Assembly (NCBI GenBank): GCA_004431415.1
Contig: QPMI01000575.1
Span: 5,894-69,893, forward strand
DNA length: 64,000 bases
Origin: Cyanophora paradoxa CCMP329
Taxonomy: Eukaryota > Plantae > Glaucophyta
Direction: 5' to 3'
The notes below the pieces were generated by a model that saw only the letters and a program-made list of their open reading frames with translations, had not been told where the DNA came from and did not search any database. Within the stretch, counting starts at the first letter, position 1. Each line of letters starts with the position of its first letter. A program made the position numbers and the translations under genes. This document shows positions 45,447 through 58,246 of the stretch, in pieces.

Positions 45447-45754
45447 ATACCTTGCCTGTACACGGCGTACTACACGCCCCCATGGCCACAGTGCTGGAGT
45501 AGACTAGAGGCTGTGGGCCTGTGGCCGGTAATTCACCAAAAAGAAAAGATAACCACGACATCGAAGGATTCGAAGGAGTGATCGGTTTATAGTGGGCTGA
45601 AATTAAAATAATTAATTATAAGAGGTGGCCGAGCGCGGAGTGGGACCGCTTTAATATAGTACTAGTCACTGAGTACGTACGGCGACCTGTATATGGTAGC
45701 GCAGTAGTTATGTCAGCGCGGTAATTAAGTATTACACGGTAGCTATCGCCTATA

Positions 45755-46132
45755 CCGTGTAAGTTCGGTGTAACACTATATGAAGGTACTCACTTTCTTA
45801 TGTCAAAAAAAAAAATTTGCTCGGATAGGTCCGGCCAGGCAGGGAGGGGGTTGCCCCCCTCCCCACGCGCCGCTGTTTCCAGCGGCTCGGCCGGACCCTA
45901 CTCACTTTCTTATGTCATCCCCAAATTATGTCGCCTCGGGCATGACGTAATTTGGGACCGTCATAAAGCGGGTATAGTAAGTCGCCCCATACAAGGGACC
46001 GCCCCATCATGGCATACAAGCCCGAAAATTTCATGACGACATAATTTGGGACCGTCATATTTTGCGTAGCGGAGGGTCAGGTTTTATAACGACATAATTT
46101 GACCGTCGACGTCATAATATAGTGTTACACGG
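45755..46132. mobile_element. Degenerate CCGT-ended mariner-type MITE related to 8993-9176
   Basis: ccgtgtaa...ttacacgg ends; interior (atatgaaggtac; gacataatttgaccgtc) matches the reverse complement of 8993-9176. Confidence 0.55.
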
Positions 46133-46254
46133 TCGAGCCCTCGCGATCGAGCTCGGAGAGTCGCCGGAGTCTTTGAAGTTTGAACTTTGAAGCGACCATA
46201 TGTACACTGTACAGTACAGTGTCAGACTGTCAGTCCTATGATATACTAGTAATA

Positions 46255-47220
46255 CCGTGTGGCACTATAATACCGCGCCCACTTAATTACCGCGGTACCA
46301 AATTACCGCGTCGAGAATTTCCAAAAACGCGGTAATTTGGTACCGCGGTAATTACCTGCTGAGAAGTCGCCCCGGACGGAGTTGAACCCGTGCGCCCTCC
46401 AGCCTTCGCGCGGGAACAGCGAGCGCTAGCGACGATGGGTCGGCCGAAGGGCGTAGCTATAGGCAAGAACCTGTTCGGTAAAGAGAAGGATCCGAAGGTT
46501 GAGCAGCGCTAGCCGATTACCAACCTGTTCAAGGTGCTGTCGGCGTCGAAGGAGGCGACGTCGACGCCGCTGCCGCAGGGCGCCCTCGACCCCGCTGCTG
46601 CCAGCACAGCTGAGCAGGCTGCGTTAAAAAAAAATTCGCAAGCGCGTCGCCAGTGGTCTTCAGAAGGAGGAGGTTAAGCGACAGGCTCGCGCCGAGTCGC
46701 AGCAGCCGCAGATCTAGAAGCGATCGTCGTATTCGCGCGCTTCGCGATCGTCGGCGGAGGCGGATATCGATGCCGCGCGCGCGCGGCCGGCGCCGGGAGC
46801 TCTGCTGCGGGACTCCGGGAGTCGCCGACACCGAGTCCGAGATGAGCGACGCTAGCGCTAGCGCTGGCTTCAGCGATGCGGGCGAGCTGCCATGCCGAGC
46901 GACAGCGACGAGGGCGGCAGCGACGAGGAGGACGACTTCGGCAACGAGGACGTCGACGCCTAGGCTAGCTAAGTCAGGCGCAGGCCCCCGCAGGATTCGA
47001 GCGCAGGACCGTCGGGCTCTCTCTCAGCCAGGACGGACACGTAGCTCGAGAATTATAATTTGTGACCACCACCCCCCCCCCCCCTAAAATTACCGCCCCA
47101 TACAAGCCTCCAGTTTTTTAAAACGCGGTAATTTGGTACCGCGGTATTTTGGCCACCCTCGGGCCGGAGTTTCTATAGCTAACGCGGTAATTTACGCCGC
47201 GGTATTTTAGTGCCACACGG
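46255..47220. mobile_element. Tc1/mariner (pogo/Tc2-like) non-autonomous element, 966 bp
   Basis: 23-bp TIR CCGTGTGGCACTA(T/A)AATACCGCG; TA TSD on both sides; subterminal AATTACCGCG repeats. Confidence 0.85.
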
Positions 47221-47596
47221 TAGTCTAGTATGCATATCGATATCGGCCGCGGCCCGCCGCGGCCCGCGCGCGGCCGCCGGCCGGGGCGCCCGGCCCGGCC
47301 GGGCGGACTGTCAATCATTGAATTAATACTTGTATTGCAAATCAGTGTCAATGTCTGTACTACCGTAGGTCCGTGCCACTCCGTGGTACACTGGTACCGT
47401 AGTACGGTACCGGTAGACCGTACTACGGTACGTCGGACGGCGGTACTATTTTGGAATACCATCACTCTACTAGGCTAGAGACTAGAGTCTACTAGTGAGG
47501 CTGGCACTGCCGGCATGCCGGACCAGTGCCGGTGCCGGCCGGTGCCGTTACTCCGGGAATCCGACGGTCTGGCCCAGTGGACTCTGGAGTCTGGAC

Positions 47597-48137
47597 TAGG
47601 GCTGGGCACAGTCCACCTCAACCCCCACCCGGTCGGTGGGCCCGCTGACTGTTACCCGCCGGTGGCGGTCGGTAGAGGGGAGGTACTTGCTGCAGTGCGT
47701 GGAAATTGACAGGAAATACGCTTGATTCTGCACAGCTTCAAGGCGCTACGCGCCTACTCTGTTCCGAACTGTCTAAAGCAAGTGCTTTGGGGCGAGTTCA
47801 AGGCTAGTTTTGGGGGAGGCGCCCGGGGTGGTTGATGCTCAGGAGGGGTACGGGATATCGCGATCGATGGCGTCAGCTCCCTTGGGCTCCGGATCCGTCG
47901 GACTGAAGAGCGCAGGAGCGCAGGAGAGCAGGAAGATGAGCTAAGCAGGACTTTCCTGGCCTGGGTGCACGGAATATGTAACTTTCGCGCGCGAGAATAT
48001 GAAATTTTCGCGAGCCTACCCCCCCTAGAATTTTTATTTGTATGGTACCGGGCGTTGTATGGCGGTGGGCCGGATTTTCCACCCGGTCGGTCGGTGGCAG
48101 CCTGCCACTGCCACCGGCCGCCACCGGCCCAGCCCTA
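47597..48137. mobile_element. hAT-family MITE (541 bp)
   Basis: TIR TAGGGCTGGGC / GCCCAGCCCTA; 8-bp TSD GTCTGGAC at 47589-47596 and 48138-48145. Confidence 0.9.
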
Positions 48138-48625
48138 GTCTGGACTCTAGCCCTGGACTCTCAGAGCTCGAGTGCCGCGGCACTGCGGCAGCACGGTTCA
48201 AAACGGTTGGAACTTAGTACAGTACTAGTATTGCGCACTGCCAGGCTGCCAGAGGCTGCGGCATGCATATGCAGCTGTGATCTGACAAGCGATCATCGCG
48301 AGATCGGGCCATGGTCTGCTGCTGCGATCGTGATGATGAGCGAAGTGAGCAGGTTCGTTATAAATTATCATGACCGTCCGGTCGGTCTGTGCGTATGTAT
48401 ACGTAGTGTGCTTATAGTACGCTTATAGCCTTAGTACTCCTTTCTGAATTCCGACAAACGTACTCGCGATCGTGTGCCCTTGCTACCAGCCAGATTAGAA
48501 GTGAGTGTGTGTGAGTCCTTTGCCAGTATACGTATGTAGCTATCATAGTAGTAGTATCTATATATGTATAGCTTTAGTCGCGCAGTTTCCGACTTCAGCT
48601 TACTAAATTACGCAGGGAAGCACGG

Positions 48626-51005
48626 ATGGCAACAATGCGAGGCCTCGAGCTCTGCAGCCGCCGCGTGCTGTGTTCGTGGAATCTGTGTCTGCCGACTCTG
48701 TCGTCTGCCACGTCCGCTGCCCGAAGAGTGCGCAGATGGTTTGTCTGTATATATATGCGTCTGCATGTGATATATACGATGCGCGCGTGCACGCGTGCGC
48801 TACCAAATGCTGACTTGCAGCACATCTGCAGCGCCCCAACAAAGCTTCCCGCTCTGCATCATCGCGTTCGACGCCAGCACCGGGCGCAACCTCCTTGAAC
48901 GTCAAGTTACTTCCAATCCCGTAGAGCTTCGAGGCCTGCCCCGGAACGCGGAGCTAATCGTCGAACTGCGTGCAATGAATTCGAGAGTCGCCTCCGTTCG
49001 AACCGTGCGCGCAAGATTTAGATTTCGCTGTTGAAGAAAGCACACAACGTTAACATTTAACTTGGCAGCGTGCGGGAAGTAATGTCGATCTCGCTTCCGC
49101 GGCAGACCTGTTTCTTCTAGAGTTTGAAAGAGAATCGGGGACGCGGATGGTTCGCAACAATCCCATCTGCATCTTTCCCAGGGGACAGGCGAGCGGACGG
49201 CGCGTTCAGGTCGAAACTGACGATTACGGAAAGGTGCGGGTCATCGCTGCTGTGCTTGTCTCTATCCACTGAAGCTATCTCGATCCGATGATGATCGCAG
49301 GCCGTGTTTTCGTTTGAGAATCCTGAAAGCTTCAATTATGCTTTCACGATTCAGGTGCGCGTTGCAAACAGATTCTTTAAATGGGTGCACTTATCTCACT
49401 CGACTTCTGTGAAGGTGCTGGAGAAAGGAACGGAGGCCGGAGGCGGCGGCGCTGTGCAATGGGAGGCATCGTTTCAGCTGGACCCGTTCACCAAGACTCA
49501 CATCGAGGTTCCAGACAAGAACCTGGATACCCACTTCAAAAAATCCGAGAATGCGGATGTCAGTTCCTCATATGTTGAGATATTAATATTAATACTATAT
49601 TTATATCCTATGGGCTAATGTGCTTCCAGATTGAAGGGTTGCCTATCACCCAAAGAATTAGAAAACGACAGCGGGACCAGGTCAATCGGGACCCCTCTCA
49701 AGTTCAACTCGATTTCACGGTACGCAGTGCCAAAACCAAGAGATCTTCTCTGTGAACTTAAGCACCATCTGCGCGAGAAGAATCAGAACGGCGGAGGCGG
49801 GCACGTGCGATCGCGGGAGATAACATTCGAGATGCTCAGCGGAGGTGGCCATGGTTTCGACGCCCAGGTACGTTATTGATTTTTATGCCCGATGCACATG
49901 ATGCATTTGATAGTTATTCTATTGACTGACGCGTACGCTTGAGCCTGATTTGTAATTACGTAACAGGCCGTCAACAAGGGGATGCGGGATGAATACGACA
50001 TCTTCATGTCGCACCTGCAGGCAACAGGCGGCGCTCACGCACAATGGATCACGGAAGAGGTGTGCGTCGCACTCACATGCACCGCACCAGTCTCATATGC
50101 CAAGATCCTGCTTATAATTAAGAATTGATTTTGTGCATGTGCAGATTAAAAAACGGATCCCCGGAATCGAGTTTTTCCTCGATGTCGACAATTGGAGCCA
50201 AGTCTGCGCGCTTTATTTCCGAACACATAATCCCATCATGTCTCTCAAATTTTCTGGCCGGTCAGAACAACGATCTTCTCGGCGTGCTGAAGCGCACCAA
50301 AAATGTGATCATCCTCCTGACTCCAGGTGCGCACGCCTGCATAATGTTGACGCTCGATTGTGGCTGTGAGCGATGGTTTTCGCAGGGTGGTCGAAATCCC
50401 AATGGGTTCAGCAAGAAATTTACTGGATGTTCGAGCTGAAGGATAAATCTCCTTCTGGCTTTCCTAATGTAAGTAAAATATGCCGACAGTACGCAGTACA
50501 TAATTATCTACTAGCTATAGTATAGCGCACAACAGATATCCAAGCGCAGATAGTGCCCATTTTCGTGAGGGACGAGAACAAGCACGCGAACGTCCCCTGG
50601 ACTCAGAAGGGACACGGTGCGTTCGCAAATGGCCTGTATTAAGTTGTTTAGATATATATTTTCATTGGAGGTCATGTGTTATTGAACCCAATTTCGCAAC
50701 TGTTTCCGCAGCAATCGACGAGATGAATTCAACTGCCGACAGCGGGGGGTGGCGCTTTTTGGACTCGCCAGAGGATTCGCGGAACCCAGACGCGACGATC
50801 ACGCTCCCCAAGTCTGGAGTGATAAAAGCCGCCGCGTTCAGCGGCCTTCTTAAAAGTGCATGAATTTTATTCAACATTGAGTTTACCGGTGTTAATGCTC
50901 TATTTCGAAGGAATCACTGGGGGAATGAACGTGATGGAGGCAAAGCGCGACGAGCCGTACAAGACTGCTTTTATCGAAAAGGAGGTTCTTCCCGCCCTGA
51001 AGTAG
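48626..51005 (+). CDS. Multi-exon gene with a C-terminal TIR domain (5' end uncertain)
   Basis: Spliced exons from 49967 read EYDIFMSHLQATGG..|..FFLDVDNWSQ|NNDLLGVLKRTKNVIILLTPG|WSKSQWVQQEIYW..|IVPIF; stop TAG at 51003-51005. Confidence 0.75.
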
Positions 51006-51201
51006 GCCCAAACCCGGTCCCCTGAAAAAGCTTATTTTTCGCAATCGGGTCTGTCGCTATCGTGTCCCGGGTCCGTAATCGAAATGCGAAACGCCAATGC
51101 GTGGCATAGTCAACTAACGGGATATCCGGATACGTAGCACTATGTGCATGTGAACAGTACTATGGGCACAAAAATGTAAAAACAGTCTAGTACCATTGTC
51201 T

Positions 51202-54200
51202 TCAGTCCTCAGTCCGAAAGGGCCGGAAGCCCGGCGGGCGGGCGGGCGCCCCCTGCATATGACGCAGGGCGAGGGGACAGGGGAGGAAGTGGAATAGTAC
51301 TCGGCGTACTTGATAGGGTACGAGGTGATAGGGAGGAGAGCTCGAGTGGGTCGCTAGCGGCGGCCGCCGCTGGGGCGGCCGCTGCCGCTCGAGCGGCGGC
51401 CCGGGCGGGGTGCGCTGCTCGCGCTCGACGCCTTCCCGGCGCTCGAGGCCGGCGGGCCGGGAGCGGCGCTGCGGCCGAACCACGAGCGGCCTTGGCGGAG
51501 GCGGGCGCGGCGGATGAAGCGGACGGGGCGGGTTGGGCGGACGGGGCGCCGACAGAAGGCCGCCCCGTCGACGGGCGAGAGGGGCGGGGAGGGCTTTAGC
51601 TGGGGCGCGGGGCATCGGCGGGGGTGGCGGGGCCGGGGCGGAGGGCGCGGGCCGCAACCCGAGGGGGCGGGGCGGGCCGGGGTGGAGTGGGAGGAGGCGG
51701 TGGCGGGCTCGGAGGGGCCTCGGGCTTGCGCGGCGGCTCGAGGACGACGGAGAGCCAGACGTCGGTCGTCCGCGCCTGCTCCGCCACGCACGCCGGCAGC
51801 AGCCCCGCCGCCTGCAGCCGCTTCAGCCGCGCCGAGAGCTGCCGACGAGGTCAGCTCGGGGCGCCGCCGACGGGGGGGGGGGGGGGGGGGAGGGGGGGGA
51901 GGGGGGGGGGGAGGGGGGCGGCGGGCCTTGATGGCGTTCTGGAGGGCCTGGGAGCGGAGGCGGGGAAGACCTCGCCGGCGGAGGCGACGGCGAGGGCCTC
52001 GAGGAGGGCGATGACGCGCCGCAAGAGGCGGCCGGGGCCCCGGCGAGGGCGGCGGCTGTGGCGGGGCGGGAGGCGAAGGGGAGGACGCCGGCGCGGTCGT
52101 CGTCGGCGGCGACCTCGGTGAGCTCGTGGTGCGCGAGCGCGAGGAGGCGGTCGGCGAGCTCCGCGGCGACGCCGCTGGCGAGCAGCTCGCGCTGGAACGC
52201 CGGGCGCCGCCACACTAGCGCCCCGAAGAGCGCCACCGCCTCCTCCCACACCGCCCCGCCCGCTCCCACGGCCCGCGCCCCGTCCCCGCCGGGCGCGGCC
52301 GCCGCTGTCCCGGGGCCGTGCTCGCGGGGGCGGGGCGGCGGGCGGCGGGGCCAAGTACGCGGGGTCCCACCAGACCTGGCACGCCGCGTGGTAGAGCAGG
52401 CCCGACGCGGCGCGGTCGCCGGCGCTGCCGCCCCGCATCTCCCGCACCGCCGCCTCGTACAGCGCGTCGTCTGCCGCGCGCGCCGCGTCGGGCGGCGCGG
52501 CGGGGCGGCGGGCGGGCGGCGCACTCTCGAGGAGGACGGAGAGGCCGGCGATGGCCGCGCGGCGCGCCTCGGCGCGGGGGAGGGCCCCCGCCTCGCCCCC
52601 GCCTCCAGCGCCCGCCGTATCGCCCCGAGCGCCTGCTCCCGCCGCCTGCGGCCGGCGGCCCTGCGGGGGCCCGACGGGCGCGCACAGCAGCCGCTCGACG
52701 AAGGAAGGCTGCGGGGGCGGTGAGCGGCGGCGGGGCGGCGGGGGAGCGGGGCGGGCGGGGCACCGGTGGAGGAGGTCGCGGGGGAAGACGGCGGCGGCGG
52801 CGGCGAGGAAGTCGAGGGCGGCGGCGAGGGCCCCCGGCGGCGCCTCCTCCCGCCGCTCCGCCACCCGCAGCGCCGCTCCACCGCCCGCGCGGCCGCCTTC
52901 AGCCTCTCCTCGGGCGGGGCGGCCGCCGGCGGGGCGGAGGGGCCCCCGCAGGACGAGCCGCGGGGCCGGGGCGGGGCCGGGGCGGGGTCGGGCGCGGGGT
53001 CGAGGGCGGCGGCGAGGAGGCGGCGGCAGCGGGGCTGGCGCGGAGGAGGGCGGCGAGGAGGGCGAGGGCCTCGGGCTCGCCGGCGCTGGCCGCCCCTCGA
53101 GGAGCGCCAGGAGGCCCTCGGGCTCGCCCCGCCCTGCAGCGCCCCCGTCACGTGCCCCAGCAGCGGCGCCCCGCCCCCGCGGACGCGGCCCCCCGCGCGA
53201 GGGCCGCCAGGCGCGCCGGGCCCGCGGGGTCCTCGATGAAGAGCCGCCGCGCGACGCTCTCGCCTCCTCCGAGGCCCCCGGCCCCGCGGGCCCCCCGCGC
53301 CGCCGCCGCCGGCCCCCCAGCGCCAGCGCCGCGAGGGCGGCCACGTCGGCGGGGCCGGGGCGCGGTACAGGGAGCGGCCCTGCGGCGGCGTCAGGCGCGC
53401 TGGCGAACGCCGGGCGGAGCGGGCCTGCCTTGGTCGCGATCGACATGGCGCGCAGGGCGACGGAGAGCGAGCCGTCCGCCTTCTCGGCGCGCCCGCGGAG
53501 GTCGCCCGGGGCCCCAGCACCTTGCCCGAACCCGAGCCGGGGCTGCGGGGCCGGCGTCGGCGGGGCGGGCAGGCGGGGCGGGGCGGGCGGGCGGGCGGGG
53601 CACCGAGAGGAGCCGCCGTCGGAGAGCTCGTCGGGAGGGCGGGAGCGCTTTGCGGGCGGCTCGTGCTCGCTGGGGCTCCCCCGGGCGGGGCGGGGGCCGG
53701 CGGCGAGGACTTCCTGCGCGAGGCGCTGGGCCGGGCGAAGGCCGAGGGCCGCGGCGAGCCGACGAGCACGACCTCGCCCGAGCCGCCGGGCGAGGCCGGG
53801 GCGAGCGCCGGCGGGTCCGAGAGCGCCTTGGCCTCCGCCTGCGCGGCCTGCAGCTGGGCGCGCAGCTGCAGAATCGTCTCCTCCGCCTCCCGCTGCTTGG
53901 CCTGCAGCTGGCGCTCCGACTCCTGCACCTCCTCGAGCTCCCGCGCCTTCATCCCCAGCGCGTCCCGCAGCTTCTTCGCCTCCCTCTCCGCCGCGTCCCC
54001 GGGGCCCCGGCTCGACTGCCGCGCCGCCCCTGCGACGCCGGAGCCGCCGCCTGCGCCGCCGCCTGCGCCGCCGCCGCCCGCTCCTGCTTGAGGCGCTCCT
54101 TCTCCCGATCCGCCTGCGGCGGCGGCGCTCAGGGGCGAGTGACGGGGGCCTCGGGGGAGGGCGAGGGGGGCACGCACGGCTTCGAGCTTGGCGCGCAGGG

Positions 54201-55350
54201 TGGCGCACTCGCCGCCGCGGACGAAAAGCTGGCGCTTCAGGTCCTCGACCTCCGCCTCCAGCTCCCGCGCCTTCTTCTCTGCCTCCGCAGAGGGCCCCGG
54301 CGCCGCCGCCGGCGCAGGGGCCGCCGGCGCCGGCGGGAGGGGAGAGGGAGAAGCTGCGGGAGAGGGAGAAGCCGCCGGTGGCACGGCCGGCGGCACGACC
54401 GGCGGCAGCTGGGAAGAGGAAGAATGGACGGCGGGGGCGGGAGACGGGGCGCGTGTGGGGGCGCGGGAGAGCGAGGGCATCGGAGGGGCAGGTGGAGGGA
54501 GGCGCCGGGCCGGGGAGAGGGGAGCGACTGCACGCCGCGGCCCGGCGGCTGGCGGCCGGCCTCCCCGCGCCGCCCCGTCCGCCTGCATATGGCCCTGCTC
54601 CTCCTCCCGCCGCCGAGGCCGCAGCCGCAGCCGCGTAGGGGTCGAACGCGGGGCGCCCCCGGGCGCCCGCGGCGCGGCGGCCGACGCTCCTCCTCCTCCT
54701 CCTCCTGAAGGGACGGGGCTCGGGCCCCGCGCCTGCGCCGCGCTGGAGGGCCGGGCTGCGGACTCGGCTGCCGGCCCCCCCGCCCTGCGCGCCCCGACCC
54801 TGCCACGGCTGCGGCCCGCCCGTGACCGGCCGCGTCCCCTGCGCAGAGCCGGAGACCGGGGTCGGGGACGTCCCGCGGGGCCCCGGCGGCCCCTGCGCCC
54901 ACTGCCCGCCAGGCGCCGCGCCCCCGTGGCTGCCACTCGTGCCGGGCCCGCTGCCGCCCGTCCCCCTCCACTGCCGCTGCGAGGGCGGATACGGCGGCTG
55001 TTGCTGCTGCTGGTGCTGCTGCTGATGCTGATGCTGCTGCTGCTGCTGCTGCTGAGGAGCCGCGTGATGCGGTCGCTGAGCCTGCTGGGGAGCGTTAGGC
55101 GACGGGGCCCGCGGCACCACGGCTGGCGCGGGAGCGCTCTGCGGCCGGGGCGGCTGCGGGGCCGGCTGGGGCTTCGGGGGCGAGTCGCTGGGAAGCGGCT
55201 CGTCGAAGATGGATGGGTCGATGCCTTCGAAAAGCTCATGGAGCATGTTCGCTGGCCCCGCCGAGGGCGAGGCCGCCGCCGGCTGCGGCGCTTGCTGCGG
55301 CGGAGGGAGCGGTTGGGCCGGCTGGGGGCCCCAGGCGCCGCTCGAGCCAC

Positions 55351-55394
<44 letters not shown>

Positions 55395-55587
55395 GGGGGC
55401 GGCTGTGGCTTCGGGGGCGAGTCGCTGGGAAGCGGCTCGTCGAAGATGGATGGGTCGATGCCTTCGAAAAGCTCATGGAGCATGTTCGCTGGCCCCGCCG
55501 AGGGCGAGGCCGCCGCCGGCTGCGGCGCTTGCTGCGGCGGAGGGAGCGGTTGGGCCGGCTGGGGGCCCCAGGCGCCGCTCGAGCCAC

Positions 55588-55625
<38 letters not shown>

Positions 55626-57238
55626 TGCCGCGACCCGCCCTGGTGCCACGAGGATTGCTGCTGCTGAGCACCCTGCTGGGCCTGCTGGTGCTGCGGGGGC
55701 GACGGCCCGCGCGGCCCAGACCCCGACGGCCCCTGCGCGGGCCTAGAGCCGGCTTGCTGGCCCCACGGCTGCCCGCCCTGCTGCACCTGCTGCGGCGGCT
55801 GCCCGCGCCCGGCGCCACCCTGCTGACCAGAACTGGAGGCGCCCGGTGGCCTCTGGCCCTGTTGCTGCGGCTGCGCGTGCGGACCCGGCCCCGGCCCGGG
55901 CCCCGACCCAGCCCCGGTCCCCGGACGCTGCTGGCCGGGGGAAGGCCAGCCGTGCTGCCCGCCGTAGTGCTGCTGCTGCGGGGTCGGCGACGGGCCCCGT
56001 TGAGGTCCGCCCTGCGGGCCGCCGCCCTGCGCGTGCTGCTGGCTCAACTGATGCTGCTGCTGCTGAGGCGGTGCACCGCGCCCCATGCCGCCGCCGTGCG
56101 GGCCTCCCTGTGGCGCCCCTGTCTTCTGCTGCTGCTGCTGCTGCTGAGGCCTCCAGCTGCCCTGCTGGCCCCCCGCTTGGGCTTGGTGGGGCGCCCCTTG
56201 TGCCTGTCCCTGCTGAGGATGCTGGGCCTGTCTTTGATCTCGCTGCTGATGCCAAGCGGGTTGTTGCTGCCCGTGCTGCTGAGCCGGAGGGTGCTGCTGT
56301 CCTCCGGGCGTCGCTTGCGCCTGCCTCGCCGGCTGCCCGCCGGCGGGCGACGGAGCCCTGCCTCCCGGCGCGCCGGATCCCATCGCTTCGCTCTGCGCTC
56401 CGCGTTGCTGCGGTTGCTGCTGTTGCGCGCCTCTGTGTCCAGACTGCTGGTTTTGCACCGATGGGCCGCCGCTCACGCCAGGATGGTGCGTCTGCTGTGC
56501 GGGTTGCTGCGGGGCGCTGTGCGGTTTGCCACCGAACTGTCCTTGCGGCGCCTGCATGCCGAAACTCTGCGGCCCCGGCTGCTGACCGCCGGGCGGCGCG
56601 GAGCTGGGGCGCTGCCCTCCGTTTGAGCTCCCCGCCCCCTGGGGCTGCCATTGGCCGCTTCCTCCTTGCGCTGGTCGTTGCTGGCTGAAGTTCCGCGCTC
56701 CCTGCATCTGATGCCCGAACCGCTGCTGCCCAGGCTGCGCTTGACCTTGCGGCGGATGTTGATCTGATCGCTGCCCTTGCACCGGCGGCCCAGGTGGTTG
56801 CTGTCCGCGTCCAGAGTTGGAAATGAAGCCTCCGGGTGCGTTGTTTGCGGGCTCGTGCACGAAACCTGTTCGCGCGCGGGACGATGAGCGCGGGAAGATT
56901 TGATCCTGCAGGAAAGCGAAAGCGCTCGCCTCCGGCCTCCTCAAGGAAGGCATCATCGCCGGAATCGTCCCGCGGGCGCTTCAGGCCTCCCGCCTGCCCT
57001 CCCGCCTGCCCTCCTTGCGCCTACAGACGAACGGCACGCCAGCGTCAGCGCACGGTGCGAAGTACACGAAACACACGGCGCTGCCTGTGCGACGCACGTT
57101 GAACTGCAGTGCCGGGCCTTTCGGCTGCGCATGCTGCGGGCCTGCAGCGCTTCCCTGGCCGAACTGATGCTGCGGGCGCCATGAACCGCCTCCAGCACCG
57201 CTTCCACCCCCACGGCCGGCCCCGGGAGCGCCATACAT
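51202..57238 (-). CDS. Large multi-exon Q/G/P-rich protein with coiled coil, ATRIP/Rad26-like (tentative)
   Basis: Starts MYGAPGAGRGG; polyQ N-terminus; LKRQLFVRGGECATLRAKLE resembles the ATRIP GEI..LR..L coiled-coil motif; helical C-terminal part; exon structure not fully resolved. Confidence 0.45.
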
Positions 57239-57444
57239 CACACTCCCGGACCGCTTCACGCGCCGATGCGAATTCGGCGGGTGTACCCGCACTCGGGTCT
57301 TCGGCGGGTGTACCCGCTCCCTCGGCCAGCCACCGACGTTCCGCAAGCCTTGCGAGCTTTGTGCTCGAGCTAGTTAGAATAAGCCCTCATCACCGAAGCG
57401 AGGCGCTCGCCAGCTGATCAGCGACTCGGCTTCCGCGCGACGCG

Positions 57445-58006
57445 ATGGTGCGCTTTAAGAATCGCTACGTGCTAGCGGAACTGCACTGGGAGGACGGAAA
57501 GTTCGACGAGGAGCTCGCAGCCGGCCACGTTCTCGCCGCGGTGCGGGCCAGCATACAGACCAACTTCGGGGACATAGGGACCGCTCGAACGCAGCAATCG
57601 TTGCAAGGTGAGTCGCCGCGTTGCTGTTCGAGCTCTCCGCCGCCTCACGCTGGGCGCAGTGAAGTACTTCAACAACGTGACAAACCTTCTGATCATGCGC
57701 GTGGCGCGCGGGCCGCACCAGGACGCGTGGGCGGCCTTGAACTTCATCACCAAGATCAAAAACCGCACAGTCACAATACGTGTGATCCACGTGGCCGGTC
57801 CGACTCCGCCTCGCTTTTCGCCGCGGCGCCGCGCCCGATCTCACACCCGTGCAGGCACGATCCGGTCGTGCCAGAAGAAGGCGCTGGAGCATGACCGTAA
57901 TTGCATGCGGGAGTTCATCCGCACGCGGCGGACGGCGGCGGAGCGGGAGCGCGGCGAGGAGCTCGCGAAGAGGGGCGAGGAGGAGATCGCCAGGCTCGAT
58001 CTGTAA
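57445..58006 (+). CDS. POP5: RNase P/MRP subunit Pop5 (3 exons)
   Basis: MVRFKNRY..FGDIG..SLQ|VKYFNNVTNLLIMRVARG..IHVAG|TIRSCQK. Confidence 0.93.
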
Positions 58007-58246
58007 GCGGCGCGCCAGATCATGCGCAACCGATCTGGGAGACATCTATGCTCGGGAGAGGCCCCGATTGGTGCGCGGGGCAAACTCGCGCGTCGCGGGT
58101 CCGACCGTCGGCATGCTCTGACGCCTGTCGAACAGATGCGCGCCCTGCGGACGCTAGGGCGCGGGGGCACGCGTTGAGCATGGGCCGAGCGGCAAGTCAG
58201 CGTCTCCAGCCGAGTAGAGACTCGGTTAACGAGGCACGCCGCAAAG

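Noticed and set aside
51354-56956. Very long overlapping ORFs (1701, 1331, 812, 796 and 695 aa) as separate or overlapping genes
   Set aside because: Stop codons are scarce at this GC content. The frames are best explained by one intron-containing minus-strand gene.
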